Counted from the first letter of the stretch, positions 29,397 through 39,573 are shown. The stretch: 64,000 bases of DNA from an uncultured Roseateles sp. (GCA_963422775.4 CAUJSJ030000154.1:8748-72747), one strand, 5' to 3'. A program made the numbers and translations. The notes: a model not told the origin generated them from the letters alone.

Positions 29397-30253
29397 ACCG
29401 GGTCATCAGAACGCTGGCCTTGCTGGCCCTTGTGCTCGGGCTGGCGGGCTGCCAGACCATGCAGGGCGTGGGCACGCGCATCGAGCGGGCCGTCGACAAG
29501 GTCATGGGCTCCAAGGGCCAGAGGCTGGATCCGTGGGAGTCCTGGAACCGCAAGGTCTTCGCCTTCAACGAGAGCCTGGACGCCAACGTCCTCAAGCCCG
29601 TGGCCACGGCCTATTCCGAGATCGTGCCTTCGCCGATCCGTACCGGCATCGACAACTTCTTCGGCAACATCGGCGACGCCTGGTCGGCGGTGAACCTGCT
29701 GCTGCAGGGGCGCTTCAAGGCGGGTGTCGAGCAGGGCATGCGTTTTGCCGTCAACTCCACGCTCGGCCTGGCCGGCGTGCTCGACATCGCCACCGAGGCG
29801 GGCCTGGAGAAGAACAGCCAGGACTTCGGCAAGACGCTGGGCAAGTGGGGCATGGGCACCGGTGCCTACATCGTCTGGCCCTTGTTCGGGCCGTCCTCGG
29901 TGCGTGACTCTCTGGCGCTTCCCTTGGACTGGCAGGCCTCGCCGGCCGTTGTCTTCGACGATGGCAAGAAGAAGGTGCTCATCACGTCGCTGAACATCGT
30001 CAACACGCGCGCCAACTTCCTGCGGGCCGGTGACATGCTGGAAGGCATCGCATTGGATAAATACACCTTTTACCGCGATGCCTATCTGCAGCGCCGCGGC
30101 AGCTTCGATGATGACGAAGAGGTCGAGGTGCTGGTGCCGGGCAACGGTGCGTCGGCACCCGCATCGGCGGCTTCGGCAGCCGAGCCGGCTGCGTCCGGGC
30201 CTGCTGCCACCGTGAAAAGGCCCGCCGAACCCGCTTCCGCGGCGACGCGGTGA
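29393..30253 (+). CDS. mlaA: MlaA/VacJ family lipoprotein
   Basis: The GTG start overlaps the mlaD stop (GTGA). Lipobox LGLAGC. VacJ motifs DPWESWNRKVFAFNESLD, NSTLGLAGVLD and YIVWPLFGPSSVRD. Confidence 0.9.
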   Translation: MNRVIRTLALLALVLGLAGCQTMQGVGTRIERAVDKVMGSKGQRLDPWESWNRKVFAFNESLDANVLKPVATAYSEIVPSPIRTGIDNFFGNIGDAWSAVNLLLQGRFKAGVEQGMRFAVNSTLGLAGVLDIATEAGLEKNSQDFGKTLGKWGMGTGAYIVWPLFGPSSVRDSLALPLDWQASPAVVFDDGKKKVLITSLNIVNTRANFLRAGDMLEGIALDKYTFYRDAYLQRRGSFDDDEEVEVLVPGNGASAPASAASAAEPAASGPAATVKRPAEPASAATR

Positions 30254-30347
30254 ACCACCAGGTTCATGGCGCGGTTCACGCGCGATGAGCCAACCAAAGC
30301 CCGGGCTGGCGCGTTGAGCATCAGTCCCGTTCTGAGAAAGTGACACC

Positions 30348-30998
30348 ATGACTTTGCTGACTTCCCTGCGCCGCCGCCTGCTCGCCCTGGCCACCCTTGC
30401 GACCTTGGGCTTGGGCCTGGTGCATGCCGCCCACGCGGCCGATGCCGGCACGCCGGACCAACTGATTCGTCAGCTCTCGCTGGAGACCATCGAGGCCGTC
30501 AAGGCTGACAAGGACATCCAGGCTGGCAACGTCGGCAAGATCATTGCCCTGGTCGATGCCAAGGTGATGCCCCACGTCAACTTCCAGCGCATGACGGCGT
30601 CCGCCGTCGGCCGCTTCTGGCGCCAGGCCACGCCCGACCAGCAGGGCAAACTGCAGGCGGAGTTCAAGACCCTGCTTGTCCGTACCTATGCCGGCGCACT
30701 GACTCAGGTGAAGGACCAGACCATCGGCCTGAAGCCGTTGCGCGCCCAGCCGACTGACACCGAAGTCGTTGTTCGCACCGAGATCCGCGGCAAGGGCGAC
30801 CCCATCCAGCTCGACTACCGCCTGGAGAAGGCCGGCGATGTCTGGAGGATCTATGACGTCAACGTGCTGGGCATCTGGCTGGCGGACCAGTACCGCAACA
30901 GCTTTGCGCAGGAGATCGGCGCCAACGGCATCGATGGCCTGATCAAGGGCCTGGCGGACAAGAACGCCAAGGCCGGCGCACCGGCTGCCAAGAGCTGA
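30348..30998 (+). CDS. mlaC: periplasmic phospholipid-binding protein MlaC (Ttg2D family)
   Basis: Signal peptide ending HAAHA. Ttg2D-like motifs HVNFQRMTASAVGRFWRQATPDQQ and WRIYDVNVLGIWL. Confidence 0.88.
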   Translation: MTLLTSLRRRLLALATLATLGLGLVHAAHAADAGTPDQLIRQLSLETIEAVKADKDIQAGNVGKIIALVDAKVMPHVNFQRMTASAVGRFWRQATPDQQGKLQAEFKTLLVRTYAGALTQVKDQTIGLKPLRAQPTDTEVVVRTEIRGKGDPIQLDYRLEKAGDVWRIYDVNVLGIWLADQYRNSFAQEIGANGIDGLIKGLADKNAKAGAPAAKS

Positions 30999-31000
30999 TC

Positions 31001-31309
31001 TTGAGCGGCTTGAAGCTGCCCGCGCGGCTGCGCATGGATGGTGCCCGCGCCGCCTGGGCGCAGATGTCGCCTGCCCTGCGTGCCGAGGCGGCTCAGGTGC
31101 TGGCTGCCGCAGGCCGCGAGGTGCGGTTGTCGGCAGTCGAGCTGAAGGATTTCGACTCGTCGGCGCTCAGCCTGCTGCTGTCGGCGGTGCGCCAGTGCAG
31201 CGAGCAGGGCGCAACGCTCAAGCTCGACGACGCACCCGATAAGCTGCGCGAACTGGCCCGCGTCTACGGCGTGGCCGAGTTGCTCTGGGCGCCGCCTGCC
31301 GTCGCCTGA
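31001..31309 (+). CDS. mlaB: STAS-domain protein MlaB
   Basis: 102 aa with a TTG start 2 nt after the mlaC stop. The size and position are those of the STAS-domain MlaB partner, and the sequence includes LDDAPDKLRELARVYGVAELL. The start codon is uncertain. Confidence 0.7.
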   Translation: MSGLKLPARLRMDGARAAWAQMSPALRAEAAQVLAAAGREVRLSAVELKDFDSSALSLLLSAVRQCSEQGATLKLDDAPDKLRELARVYGVAELLWAPPAVA

Positions 31310-31324
31310 TCAGCCGGCGTAGCC

Positions 31325-32191
31325 TTAACCTGCGTAGCGCTTGGCGCGCAGGTTTTTCTTGATCTCCTGCAGCATGGGTCGCAGATGCTGGCCCAGGCGC
31401 AGGGCCACGCCCGTCGTCAGGATGTCCACCGCGATCAGATGCAGCAGCCGCGACACCATCGGGCTGTAGCGGTCGAAGTCTTCCGGGTGGTCCACCGCCA
31501 GCAGGATCTGGCTGGGGCCCAGAGCCAGCTGCGCCAGCGGCGAGGCGCTGGCCGTGATGATGATGATGGTCGCACCCTTCTTGCGTGCGATATCCGCAGC
31601 GTCCAGCAGGTCGCGGCTGCGGCCGGAATTGCTGATGATGACGGCGCAGTCGCCCGGCTGCAGCATCGTTGCGCTCATCAGTTGCACATGGCCGTCGCTG
31701 GTCGCCACCGTGTTGACGCCCAGGCGGAAGAACTTGTGCTGGGCGTCCTGGGCCACGATGCCGGAGTTGCCGACGCCGTAGAACTCGATGCGCCGGTTGT
31801 GGCGGGCCGAATCGGCCAGCGCATCGATGGCGCGCTCGAAGGCATGGCTGGCGGCGTCGTTGCGGTAGTGCAGCAAAGCGGCAACAGCGTTGTCGACCAC
31901 CTTCACGATGATGTCGGCCGTCTTGTCGTCCTCGTCCACCGCGCGGTGCACGAAGGGCACACCTTCGTTGACGCTGCCGGCCAGTTTCAACTTGAAGTCG
32001 GCCAGGCCGTCATAGCCGACGCTGCGGCAAAAGCGCACCACCGTCGGCTTGGACACATGCGACCGGTCAGCCAGTTCGCTCACCGGCAGGCTGGCAAAGC
32101 TGCGCGCGTCAAGCAACAGCAGCTTTGCCACGCGCTGTTCGGCGGGCGGCAGGGCCGGCAGGGCGGCTTTGACTCGTTCGAGGATGCTCAT
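31325..32191 (-). CDS. hexR: RpiR/HexR family transcriptional regulator (HTH + SIS domain)
   Basis: The HTH region is ELADRSHVSKPTVVRFCRSVGYDGLADFKLKLA and the SIS domain is IEFYGVGNSGIVAQDAQHKFFRLG. It lies immediately downstream of zwf with overlapping stop and start. Confidence 0.85.
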   Translation of the reverse strand: MSILERVKAALPALPPAEQRVAKLLLLDARSFASLPVSELADRSHVSKPTVVRFCRSVGYDGLADFKLKLAGSVNEGVPFVHRAVDEDDKTADIIVKVVDNAVAALLHYRNDAASHAFERAIDALADSARHNRRIEFYGVGNSGIVAQDAQHKFFRLGVNTVATSDGHVQLMSATMLQPGDCAVIISNSGRSRDLLDAADIARKKGATIIIITASASPLAQLALGPSQILLAVDHPEDFDRYSPMVSRLLHLIAVDILTTGVALRLGQHLRPMLQEIKKNLRAKRYAG

Positions 32192-33633
32192 TGCTCTTCC
32201 GCCCAGGAATAACCATCACGGGCGACCAGCGCGCTTGCGGCGGCCGGGCCCCAGGAACCGGCGGCATAGGGCCGCGGGCCATTGCCATCTGCTTCCCAGG
32301 CGTCCAGGATGGGTTCAACCCAGCGCCAGGCCTGCTCCTGCTCGTCGCTGCGCACGAAGAGGTTCAAACGGCCGGCAATCGCTTCCAGCAACAGGCGCTC
32401 ATAGGCGCCCACGCGGTGCGTCGCAAAGGCCTTGTCGAAGTCCAGGTCCAGCGACACCGGCGTCAGCTGCTCGCCGTGGCCCGTGCCCTTCTGCGCGAGC
32501 AATTGCAGCTCCAGCCCGTCCTCGGGCTGCAGCTTGATGACGAGCCGATTCGGCAGGCTGGCGCCCGGGAAGATCTGGTGCGGCACCGGGCGGAAGTTGA
32601 CGACGATCTGCGCATCGCGTGCGGCCAGGCGCTTGCCGGTTCGCAGATAGAAGGGCACGCCGGCCCAGCGCCAGTTCTCCACCTCGGTGCGCAGCGCGAC
32701 GAAGGTTTCGCACTGGCTTTCCGGCGGTACCTTGACCTCTTCCAGATAGCCCGGCACCGGGTGGCCGCCGCACATGCCCGCGCGGTACTGGCCACGCACG
32801 ACGTCGCGGCTCACTGATCCCGGCGTGAACGGCTTGAGCGCGCGCAGCACCTTGAGCTTCTCGTCGCGGATCGCGTCGGCGTCGTTGCTGGCGGGCGGCT
32901 CCATGGCGATCATCGTCAGCAGCTGCAGCGCATGGTTCTGGATCATGTCGCGCAGCGCGCCGGTGCCGTCGTAGAAGGCGCCGCGCGTGCCGACACCGAG
33001 TTGCTCGGCCAGCGTGATCTGAATGTTGGCGATGCTTTCGCGGCGCCACAGCGGCTCGAACAGCGCGTTGCCGAAGCGCAGGGCCATCAGGTTCTGCACC
33101 GACGGCTTGCCGAGGTAGTGATCGATGCGGAAGGCCTGCCGCTCGGCGAACACCGCGCGCACCGTGCGGTTGATCTCCTGGGCACTGGCGAGGTCGTGGC
33201 CCAGCGGCTTCTCCAGCACGACGCGCACCTTGTCGTGATTCAGGCCCACGGCGCCAAGCTGCTGGCAGATGCCAGTGAACAGATGAGGGCTGGTGGCGAG
33301 GTAGAGCACGACGGTGTCGGCATTGCGTGCGTCCAGCCAGTCCTTGAGGCCCTGGTAATGCTCGGGTTGCGAGAGGTCCATGCGGCGGTAGTGGATGAGC
33401 TCGGCGAAGCGCGCGAACTCCTCGTCGCTCGGGCGCTTGCCCGCCTCGACCTCGCGGAAACGCTCCTTCAACCACTCGCGGTAGCGCTCGTCCGTCTGCT
33501 CGTCACGCGCGACGGCGAGAATACGGCCGCCTTCGGGCAGCTTGCCGTGCCGGAAGGCCTGGAAGAGCGCGGGCATCAGCTTGCGCCACGTCAGGTCACC
33601 GGTACCGCCAAAAAACACGAGATCGAAGGACAT
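32188..33633 (-). CDS. zwf: glucose-6-phosphate 1-dehydrogenase
   Basis: The start [24 protein letters not shown] at ATG 33633 is preceded by GGAGA; the track start 33729 over-extends. The active-site motif is RIDHYLGK. Confidence 0.95.
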   Translation of the reverse strand: MSFDLVFFGGTGDLTWRKLMPALFQAFRHGKLPEGGRILAVARDEQTDERYREWLKERFREVEAGKRPSDEEFARFAELIHYRRMDLSQPEHYQGLKDWLDARNADTVVLYLATSPHLFTGICQQLGAVGLNHDKVRVVLEKPLGHDLASAQEINRTVRAVFAERQAFRIDHYLGKPSVQNLMALRFGNALFEPLWRRESIANIQITLAEQLGVGTRGAFYDGTGALRDMIQNHALQLLTMIAMEPPASNDADAIRDEKLKVLRALKPFTPGSVSRDVVRGQYRAGMCGGHPVPGYLEEVKVPPESQCETFVALRTEVENWRWAGVPFYLRTGKRLAARDAQIVVNFRPVPHQIFPGASLPNRLVIKLQPEDGLELQLLAQKGTGHGEQLTPVSLDLDFDKAFATHRVGAYERLLLEAIAGRLNLFVRSDEQEQAWRWVEPILDAWEADGNGPRPYAAGSWGPAAASALVARDGYSWAEEQ

Positions 33634-33676
33634 CTGCGGGGTCTCCAGGCCAGCGTCACCCATGGAGCGCCAACCG

Positions 33677-33705
33677 TTGTGTAACTTAGTTTCGTGAAAT
33701 ACTAT
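33677..33705 (+). promoter_or_regulatory. candidate tal promoter (TTGTGT-17 nt-TACTAT) overlapped by a HexR-like half-palindrome TGTAACTTAGTTTCG (33680-33694)
   Basis: The hexamers and operator-like sequence are read directly in the zwf/tal divergent spacer. The left half-site TGTAA matches the published HexR palindrome type (TGTAAT...ATTACA); the right half is degenerate. Confidence 0.35.
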
Positions 33706-33756
33706 GCAGCAGTTTCTTCGCCGGGTCAATCCGATGGACCCGAATACAGGCCCACC

Positions 33757-34698
33757 ATGAACCAGCTAGACCAGCTCAAAGCCGTCACCACCGTCGTCGC
33801 CGACACGGGCAATTTCCTGCAGCTCGCGCAGTTCGCGCCGCGGGATGCGACGACCAATCCTTCACTGATCCTGAAGGCCGTGCAGTCGCCCGACTACGCG
33901 CCGCTGCTGAAGGATGCGGTCGCCGCCCACCGCGGCAAACCGCTGGACGAGATCGTCGACCACGTGCTCGTGCGCTTCGGCCTCGAAATCCTCAAGGTCG
34001 TGCCCGGCCGCGTGTCCACCGAGGTGGATGCCCGCCTGTCGTTCGACAAGACGGCGTCGCTCTCCCGCGCCCGCCGCATCATCGGGCTGTACGAAGCTGC
34101 CGGCATCGGCCGCGAGCGCGTGCTGATCAAGCTGGCGTCGACGTGGGAAGGCATTCAGGCCGCCGCCGAGCTGGAGCGCGAAGGCATCCGCTGCAACCTG
34201 ACGCTGTTGTTCGCATTCGCCCAGGCGGTGGCCTGCGGCGAGGCCAAGGTGCAACTGATCTCGCCCTTCGTGGGGCGCATCTACGACTGGTACAAGAAGT
34301 CGGCGGGCGCGGGCTGGGACGAGGCTGCGATGGCTGGCGTCAACGACCCCGGCGTGAAGTCGGTGGCGCAGATCTATGCCTACTTCAAGCAGCATGGCAT
34401 CAAGACCGAGGTCATGGGCGCGAGCTTTCGCAACATCGGCCAGATCCAGGCGCTGGCAGGCTGCGACCTGCTGACGATCAGCCCCGATCTGCTCGCGCAA
34501 TTGCAGGCGACGGACGCCAAGCTCGAACGTGCGTTGGACCCCGCCAAGTCGGCCGCCGTGCCCGCTATCCATCTCGACGAAGCCGCTTTCCGCTTTGCGC
34601 TGAACGAGGACGCGATGGCCACGGAGAAGCTGGCCGAAGGCATCCGCCTCTTCGCCGTTGACGCCGGCAAGCTCGACAAGCTCATCGAAGCCGCCTGA
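33757..34698 (+). CDS. tal: transaldolase
   Basis: The start is [20 protein letters not shown] at ATG 33757. It contains [12 protein letters not shown] and the catalytic-Lys region [16 protein letters not shown]. Confidence 0.95.
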   Translation: MNQLDQLKAVTTVVADTGNFLQLAQFAPRDATTNPSLILKAVQSPDYAPLLKDAVAAHRGKPLDEIVDHVLVRFGLEILKVVPGRVSTEVDARLSFDKTASLSRARRIIGLYEAAGIGRERVLIKLASTWEGIQAAAELEREGIRCNLTLLFAFAQAVACGEAKVQLISPFVGRIYDWYKKSAGAGWDEAAMAGVNDPGVKSVAQIYAYFKQHGIKTEVMGASFRNIGQIQALAGCDLLTISPDLLAQLQATDAKLERALDPAKSAAVPAIHLDEAAFRFALNEDAMATEKLAEGIRLFAVDAGKLDKLIEAA

Positions 34699-34700
34699 CC

Positions 34701-36323
34701 ATGACGACGCGCTGCGACCTGTCTCCCGTCTGGGCCGAACTGCAGGCCCACTACGCCGCGAGCGGTCGCGGTTTCGACATCCGCACGGCCTTTGCTGCCG
34801 ACGCGAATCGCTTCGGCTTGCTGTCGTTCGAGGCGCCCGAAGTCTTTGCCGACCTGTCCAAGAACCGCATCGACGCGCCCACGCTGGCGCTGCTGCTGAG
34901 GCTGGCGAGGGACTGCGGCCTGGAAGCCCGGCGCGACGCGCTGCTGCGCGGCGACCCGGTCAACACGACCGAAGGCCGCGCCGTGCTGCACACGGCGCTG
35001 CGCGCGCCGGCCGGCAGCGAAGCGCCCTTCAACGCCGAGGTGCAGGCTTCGCTCGACGAGATGCTGGCCTTTGCCGAAGGTGTGCGCCGCGGCGAGCGGG
35101 GCAAGATCACCGACGTTGTCCACATCGGCATCGGCGGCAGCGACCTGGGGCCGGCCATGGTCGTGCAGGCGCTGCAGGCCTACGGCCGACATGACTTGAA
35201 GCTGCATTTCGTGTCCAACGTTGACGGCCACGACCTCGCCCCTGTGCTGGCCGAGCTGGACGTGAAGCACACGCTCTTCGTCATCGCATCCAAGACCTTC
35301 ACGACGCAGGAGACGCTGGCCAATGCGCGGGCGGCCAAGGCCTGGTTCATCGCGGCCGGCGGCACGGACATCGCCCGCCACTTCGTTGCCACCAGCAGCA
35401 ACACCGCCGCCGCGGCCGCTTTCGGCATCGACACCGCCTTCGGCTTCTGGGACTGGGTCGGCGGCCGCTACTCGCTGTGGTCGGTCATCGGCCTGCCCAT
35501 CGCCATCGCCGTCGGTGCCGACAACTTCCGCGCGCTGCTGGACGGCGCGCATGCAATGGATGAGCACTTTGCATTCACGCCGCTGGGGCAGAACCTGCCG
35601 GTGCTGCTGGGCCTCGTCGACATCTGGTATCGCAACTTCCACGGTTTCACGAGCCGCAGCGTGGCGCCCTATCACCAGGGCCTGCGCCGGCTGCCGGCCT
35701 ATCTGCAGCAGTTGGAGATGGAGAGCAACGGCAAGGGCGTGGACCTTGACGGCAATGCGCTGCCCTTCGGCACCTCGCCCGTCGTCTGGGGCGAGGCAGG
35801 CACCAACGGCCAGCATGCCTACTTCCAGATGCTGCACCAGGGCACCGACGTGATCCCGGTCGAGTTCATCGCGGTCAAGCGCCCCAACCACGGTGCGACG
35901 GGTGAGTTGGCCTTGCTGCTCGCCGACCAGCACCGCAAGCTGCTCGCCAACTGCCTCGCCCAGAGCCAGGCGCTGATGCAAGGCAAGACGGCCGCGGAGG
36001 CGTTGAACGAAACAGCGCCCACTGCTTCTGCGACGCTGGACCGCGACGTTTTGTCCCGCCACCGCAGTTTTCCCGGTAACCGCCCGAGCACGACCCTCGT
36101 GCTGGACGCGCTGACGCCGCGCTCGCTCGGCGCACTGATCGCTCTCTACGAGCACCGCGTCTTCGTCGCCGGCGCGCTGTGGGGCATCAACAGCTTCGAC
36201 CAGTGGGGTGTGGAGCTGGGCAAGGCCCTGTGCAACCAACTGCTGCCGCGTCTCGATTCGGGTGACACCGCTGGTCTGGACGGCTCCACGGCCGGCCTGC
36301 TGGCGCGGCTGGTATCGGCATGA
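34701..36323 (+). CDS. pgi: glucose-6-phosphate isomerase
   Basis: 540 aa. PGI signatures DVVHIGIGGSDLGP, GGRYSLWSVIGLPIA and QHAYFQMLHQGT. Confidence 0.95.
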   Translation: MTTRCDLSPVWAELQAHYAASGRGFDIRTAFAADANRFGLLSFEAPEVFADLSKNRIDAPTLALLLRLARDCGLEARRDALLRGDPVNTTEGRAVLHTALRAPAGSEAPFNAEVQASLDEMLAFAEGVRRGERGKITDVVHIGIGGSDLGPAMVVQALQAYGRHDLKLHFVSNVDGHDLAPVLAELDVKHTLFVIASKTFTTQETLANARAAKAWFIAAGGTDIARHFVATSSNTAAAAAFGIDTAFGFWDWVGGRYSLWSVIGLPIAIAVGADNFRALLDGAHAMDEHFAFTPLGQNLPVLLGLVDIWYRNFHGFTSRSVAPYHQGLRRLPAYLQQLEMESNGKGVDLDGNALPFGTSPVVWGEAGTNGQHAYFQMLHQGTDVIPVEFIAVKRPNHGATGELALLLADQHRKLLANCLAQSQALMQGKTAAEALNETAPTASATLDRDVLSRHRSFPGNRPSTTLVLDALTPRSLGALIALYEHRVFVAGALWGINSFDQWGVELGKALCNQLLPRLDSGDTAGLDGSTAGLLARLVSA

Positions 36324-36940
36324 AGATCGTTTTCGACTTTGGTGGCGTGCTCTTTCGCTGGCACCCGGCCAGCTTTCTCGCGCGCCTGTGGCCCCACCGC
36401 ATCGAGACGCTGGAGCAGGGTGCGGCCGCGGCGGCCGTCTTCTTCCAGAACTACGGCGGCGACTGGGGCCTGTTCGACCAGGGCTTGATCAGCGCCGACG
36501 AGGTGGTGCGCCGCATCGCCGCCCGCACCGGCTGGCCGCGCGGCGAGGTTGCCGCGGTCGTGCGCGCGGTGCCCGACGAGCTGATGCCCATCCCTGCCAC
36601 CGTCGTGCTGATCCGCGACCTGCGTGCGGCAGGGCACACGCTGCACTACCTGTCCAACATGCCGGAGCCGTTTGCCGACCACTTGAGCAAGACCTACCCG
36701 CTGGGCGAGTGGTTCGAGTCGGGGTTGTTCTCCGGCCGCGTCAAGCAGATCAAGCCGAGCGCGGAGATGTTCGGCATGGCCGAGAGGCGCTTTGATGCCC
36801 AGCCGCAGGAACTGATGTTCCTGGACGACCACCCGGTCAATGTCGAGGCGGCCTTGTCGCGCGATTGGCAGGCCTTCCTGTTCACCGACGCCGCCGGCGC
36901 GCGGCGCGAGCTGGTGTCGCGGCGGCTGCTGAACGGCTAG
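36320..36940 (+). CDS. HAD-IA family hydrolase, YihX-like (possible sugar-phosphate phosphatase)
   Basis: ATGA overlap with the pgi stop. Motif I is FDFGGV (Asp+2 replaced by Gly, as in E. coli YihX FDLGNV). Also LSN, K-P and [12 protein letters not shown] motifs. Confidence 0.75.
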   Translation: MKIVFDFGGVLFRWHPASFLARLWPHRIETLEQGAAAAAVFFQNYGGDWGLFDQGLISADEVVRRIAARTGWPRGEVAAVVRAVPDELMPIPATVVLIRDLRAAGHTLHYLSNMPEPFADHLSKTYPLGEWFESGLFSGRVKQIKPSAEMFGMAERRFDAQPQELMFLDDHPVNVEAALSRDWQAFLFTDAAGARRELVSRRLLNG

Positions 36941-37152
36941 TGCATCAAGGGCTCGCCGTCCGGCCCGAACTCGTCGGGGTCCTGCGGCGGGGTGGCCGGT
37001 ACACGGAAGGACTCGCTGGCCCAGGCGCCCAGGTCGATCTGGCGGCAGCGCTCGCTGCAGAACGGGCGCCACTTGTTGCTGGGCGCGAAGACGCTGTCGC
37101 CACCGCACTGTGGGCAGCGCACGATGCGCTCGCCTTGAGCGTTGGTCTTCAT
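36937..37152 (-). CDS. yacG: DNA gyrase inhibitor YacG (zinc-finger protein)
   Basis: 71 aa: [44 protein letters not shown]. It has a CxxC...CxxxC zinc site. Only the 3-prime 216 nt of track ORF 36937..37998 is real. Confidence 0.85.
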   Translation of the reverse strand: MKTNAQGERIVRCPQCGGDSVFAPSNKWRPFCSERCRQIDLGAWASESFRVPATPPQDPDEFGPDGEPLMH

Positions 37153-37904
37153 TGGCACAGGGCCAGCTCGAAGCCGGTGTCTTCCTGGGCCAGCTTGAGC
37201 CGGCCCTCCTCGTCCTGGCGCATCAGCCGTATCGAGATCATCAGCCGGTGGCCGGAGATCTCGGGGATCAGCCCCAGGCTCGGGTCGATGCGCATGCGCA
37301 GCAACTGGTAGACGCGGCCGGCCGGCAGACTCTGCTGGAACTGGCCCGCCGTGGCTGCGACCTTGTGCGGCGCGCCCGAGTCGCGCAGCAGGCCGAGCAG
37401 CACCTGCAGGGCCTCGGCCAGCGGCATCAGCGTCTGCGCCCAGCCCATCAAGTCCTTGCGACGGCGCACCGGCAGCATCTGCTGCCAGTTGTAGTAAGCC
37501 GGCAGATCGAATTCGCAGGTGCCGCCGGGGATGCTGATGCGGCTGCGGATGCTCATCAGCCAGTCGTTGCTGGTCAGCGCCACGCCGGTCTTGCCGGCCA
37601 CCGCGTTCAGGCGCTGGAAGGCGCCGTCGATGCGGTCGACGACCTCGTCCAGCCGCGCTTCCTCCACGCCGGGATTGCCGCGGTAGGCGTTGAACTGGGC
37701 CTTGTGCTTTTCCAGCTCCTTGAGCAGGTCGCTCTTCAGGTCGGCGCGCGAGGCGACGTCCAGGATCTCGAACAGCGTGACCAGCGCGAAATGGTGGTCC
37801 AGCGCCGTCTCGCGCGCCATCAGCGCACCGAGGCGGTCGAACAGATGCTCGAGGCGGAGCATCGTGCGGATGCTCTCGTTGAACGGGTACTCGTACAGGA
37901 CCAA
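37149..37904 (-). CDS. zapD: cell division protein ZapD
   Basis: 251 aa. The start is [22 protein letters not shown], typical of ZapD (YacF). It sits in the coaE-zapD-yacG order downstream of pilD. Confidence 0.88.
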   Translation of the reverse strand: MVLYEYPFNESIRTMLRLEHLFDRLGALMARETALDHHFALVTLFEILDVASRADLKSDLLKELEKHKAQFNAYRGNPGVEEARLDEVVDRIDGAFQRLNAVAGKTGVALTSNDWLMSIRSRISIPGGTCEFDLPAYYNWQQMLPVRRRKDLMGWAQTLMPLAEALQVLLGLLRDSGAPHKVAATAGQFQQSLPAGRVYQLLRMRIDPSLGLIPEISGHRLMISIRLMRQDEEGRLKLAQEDTGFELALCQ

Positions 37905-37927
37905 GGGGGCCTCGGGATGGACTGCAA

Positions 37928-38533
37928 TCAGGGCGGGGCGATTGTTTCACAGCCCCAGCGCGCGGCCAGGCCCAGCACTTCGTTTCTGAGCGCAACAAGC
38001 GAGACGCCGTCGTTCAGCAGCACCGCATCGGCGGCGGCGCGGCGCGCCTGCCGGCTTGTCTGCGCGGCGAGCGCGCCGTCGATGCGCTCGCGCGTCCAGC
38101 CGGGGCGCTGCAGCACGCGGGCGATCTGAGTCTCAGCCGAACAGTCGATGACGAGTACGCGTGCCAGGCGCGGCCGCCAGCGGCTGGACTCCACGAGCAA
38201 AGGCACGTCGAAGACGACGAGACTGGATGTGGCGACCTCGGCCTGGGCTAGCGCCTCAGCCGTGATCAGGGGGTGAAGGATGGCTTCGAGGCGGCGCTTG
38301 GCGTTTGTGTCCGAGAAGGCAAGGGCGCGCATGCGCTCGCGGTCCAGTGCGCCATTGGCGGCAACGAAGTCCGCCCCGAACTCACGCGCTATCGCCGGCA
38401 TGGCCGAGCCGCCGGACAGGGTCAGCTCGCGCGAGATGGCGTCGGTGTCGATGACGGCAGCGCCAGCCTCACGAAGAAAACCTGAGACCGTGCTCTTGCC
38501 GCTGCCGATGCCGCCGGTCAGGCCGACCCTCAT
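37928..38533 (-). CDS. coaE: dephospho-CoA kinase
   Basis: The start is [16 protein letters not shown] (P-loop), 201 aa, immediately downstream of pilD. Confidence 0.92.
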   Translation of the reverse strand: MRVGLTGGIGSGKSTVSGFLREAGAAVIDTDAISRELTLSGGSAMPAIAREFGADFVAANGALDRERMRALAFSDTNAKRRLEAILHPLITAEALAQAEVATSSLVVFDVPLLVESSRWRPRLARVLVIDCSAETQIARVLQRPGWTRERIDGALAAQTSRQARRAAADAVLLNDGVSLVALRNEVLGLAARWGCETIAPP

Positions 38534-38537
38534 CTCG

Positions 38538-39476
38538 TCATGCCCAGCCTAGCCAGCCCAGCACCGTGGCCTGGCCCGCGAACAGCACGACCAGGCCGCC
38601 CCCGGCGAGGAAGGGGCCGAAAGGCACATAGCGGCCCTCGCGCAGGCGGGCATTCATCTTCATGATGATGCCGACCACCGCGCCGATGGCCGAGGCTCCG
38701 AGCACGATGGGCAGGATCATCTGCCAGCCCAGCCAGGCGCCGAGTGCCGCCAGCAGCTTGAAGTCGCCATAGCCCATGCCCTCCTTGCCGGTGGCGAGCT
38801 TGAACAGCCAGTAGACCGACCACAGCGACAGGTAGCCCGCCAGCGCGCCGGTCAGTGCCTTGTCGAGTGGGAGGGTCCAGCCCATCAGCGCGGCAAGAAG
38901 GCCGGCCCACAGCAGCGGCTGGTTGATGGCGTCAGGCAGCAGCGTCGTGTCCCAGTCGATCATCGCCAGCGCAATCAGCGCGGCGACGAAGCCGCACCAC
39001 AGCAGCGTCGTCGGTTGCGCGCCGAAGCGCCATGACAGGGCCGCGAAAGCCAGGCCGGTGGCGATCTCGACGATGGGGTAGCGCTTGGAGATCGGTGCCT
39101 TGCAGGCCGCACATTTGCCGCCCAGGCGCAACCAGCCGACGACAGGCAGGTTCTCGTGCCAGCGCAGCTGGTGACCGCAATGCGGGCAGCGCGAGCGGGG
39201 CTTGGAGATGCCGAAGGGCGGCAGGGCTTCGATCTTGGTGCCGTAGGCGTCGACGGCCTTCGCCAGCTTGTCCGTCTCGCTGGCGGGAACGCCGATGACA
39301 CGGGCCATGGCGGCGGCATCGGTCAGCTGGGCGGCGGATTCATGCAGCCATTGGCGCTCCAGCATCAGCGGGATGCGGTGGATGACGACATTCAGAAAGC
39401 TGCCGATGCACAGGCCCAGGATGCCCAGCACCCAGGGCGAGAGCCAGACGGACCAGTCGATAGAAGGCAGAGACAT
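38538..39476 (-). CDS. pilD: prepilin leader peptidase / N-methyltransferase PilD
   Basis: The likely start is MSLPSIDWSVW at ATG 39476. There is a Cys-rich N-terminal region (SRCPHCGHQLRW...GGKCAACKAPI) and the aspartyl-protease region GMGYGDFKLLAALGAWLGW. Confidence 0.92.
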   Translation of the reverse strand: MSLPSIDWSVWLSPWVLGILGLCIGSFLNVVIHRIPLMLERQWLHESAAQLTDAAAMARVIGVPASETDKLAKAVDAYGTKIEALPPFGISKPRSRCPHCGHQLRWHENLPVVGWLRLGGKCAACKAPISKRYPIVEIATGLAFAALSWRFGAQPTTLLWCGFVAALIALAMIDWDTTLLPDAINQPLLWAGLLAALMGWTLPLDKALTGALAGYLSLWSVYWLFKLATGKEGMGYGDFKLLAALGAWLGWQMILPIVLGASAIGAVVGIIMKMNARLREGRYVPFGPFLAGGGLVVLFAGQATVLGWLGWA

Positions 39477-39539
39477 GGTGGATGCGCGAAAAAGGGGGGC
39501 TGTACGGGCGGGAATCTGGCCGCGTTCCAACGGCGGACA

Positions 39540-39564
39540 GGCGCGGGACCCTCGGTCCCGCGCC
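39540..39564 (-). other. perfect 11-bp GC-rich stem-loop (GGCGCGGGACC-CTC-GGTCCCGCGCC) in the pilC-pilD spacer; no U-tract
   Basis: The inverted repeat is read directly. It lies 10 nt downstream of the pilC stop. Confidence 0.6.
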
Positions 39565-39573
39565 TTGGCGGCT

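Noticed and set aside
37153-37998. The N-terminal 280-aa extension of the yacG ORF (track ORF 36937..37998).
   Set aside because: It overlaps zapD (37149..37904), which has a clear family match. The extension is Pro/Arg/Gly-rich nonsense. YacG proteins are about 60-70 aa, and the ATG at 37152 gives exactly that.
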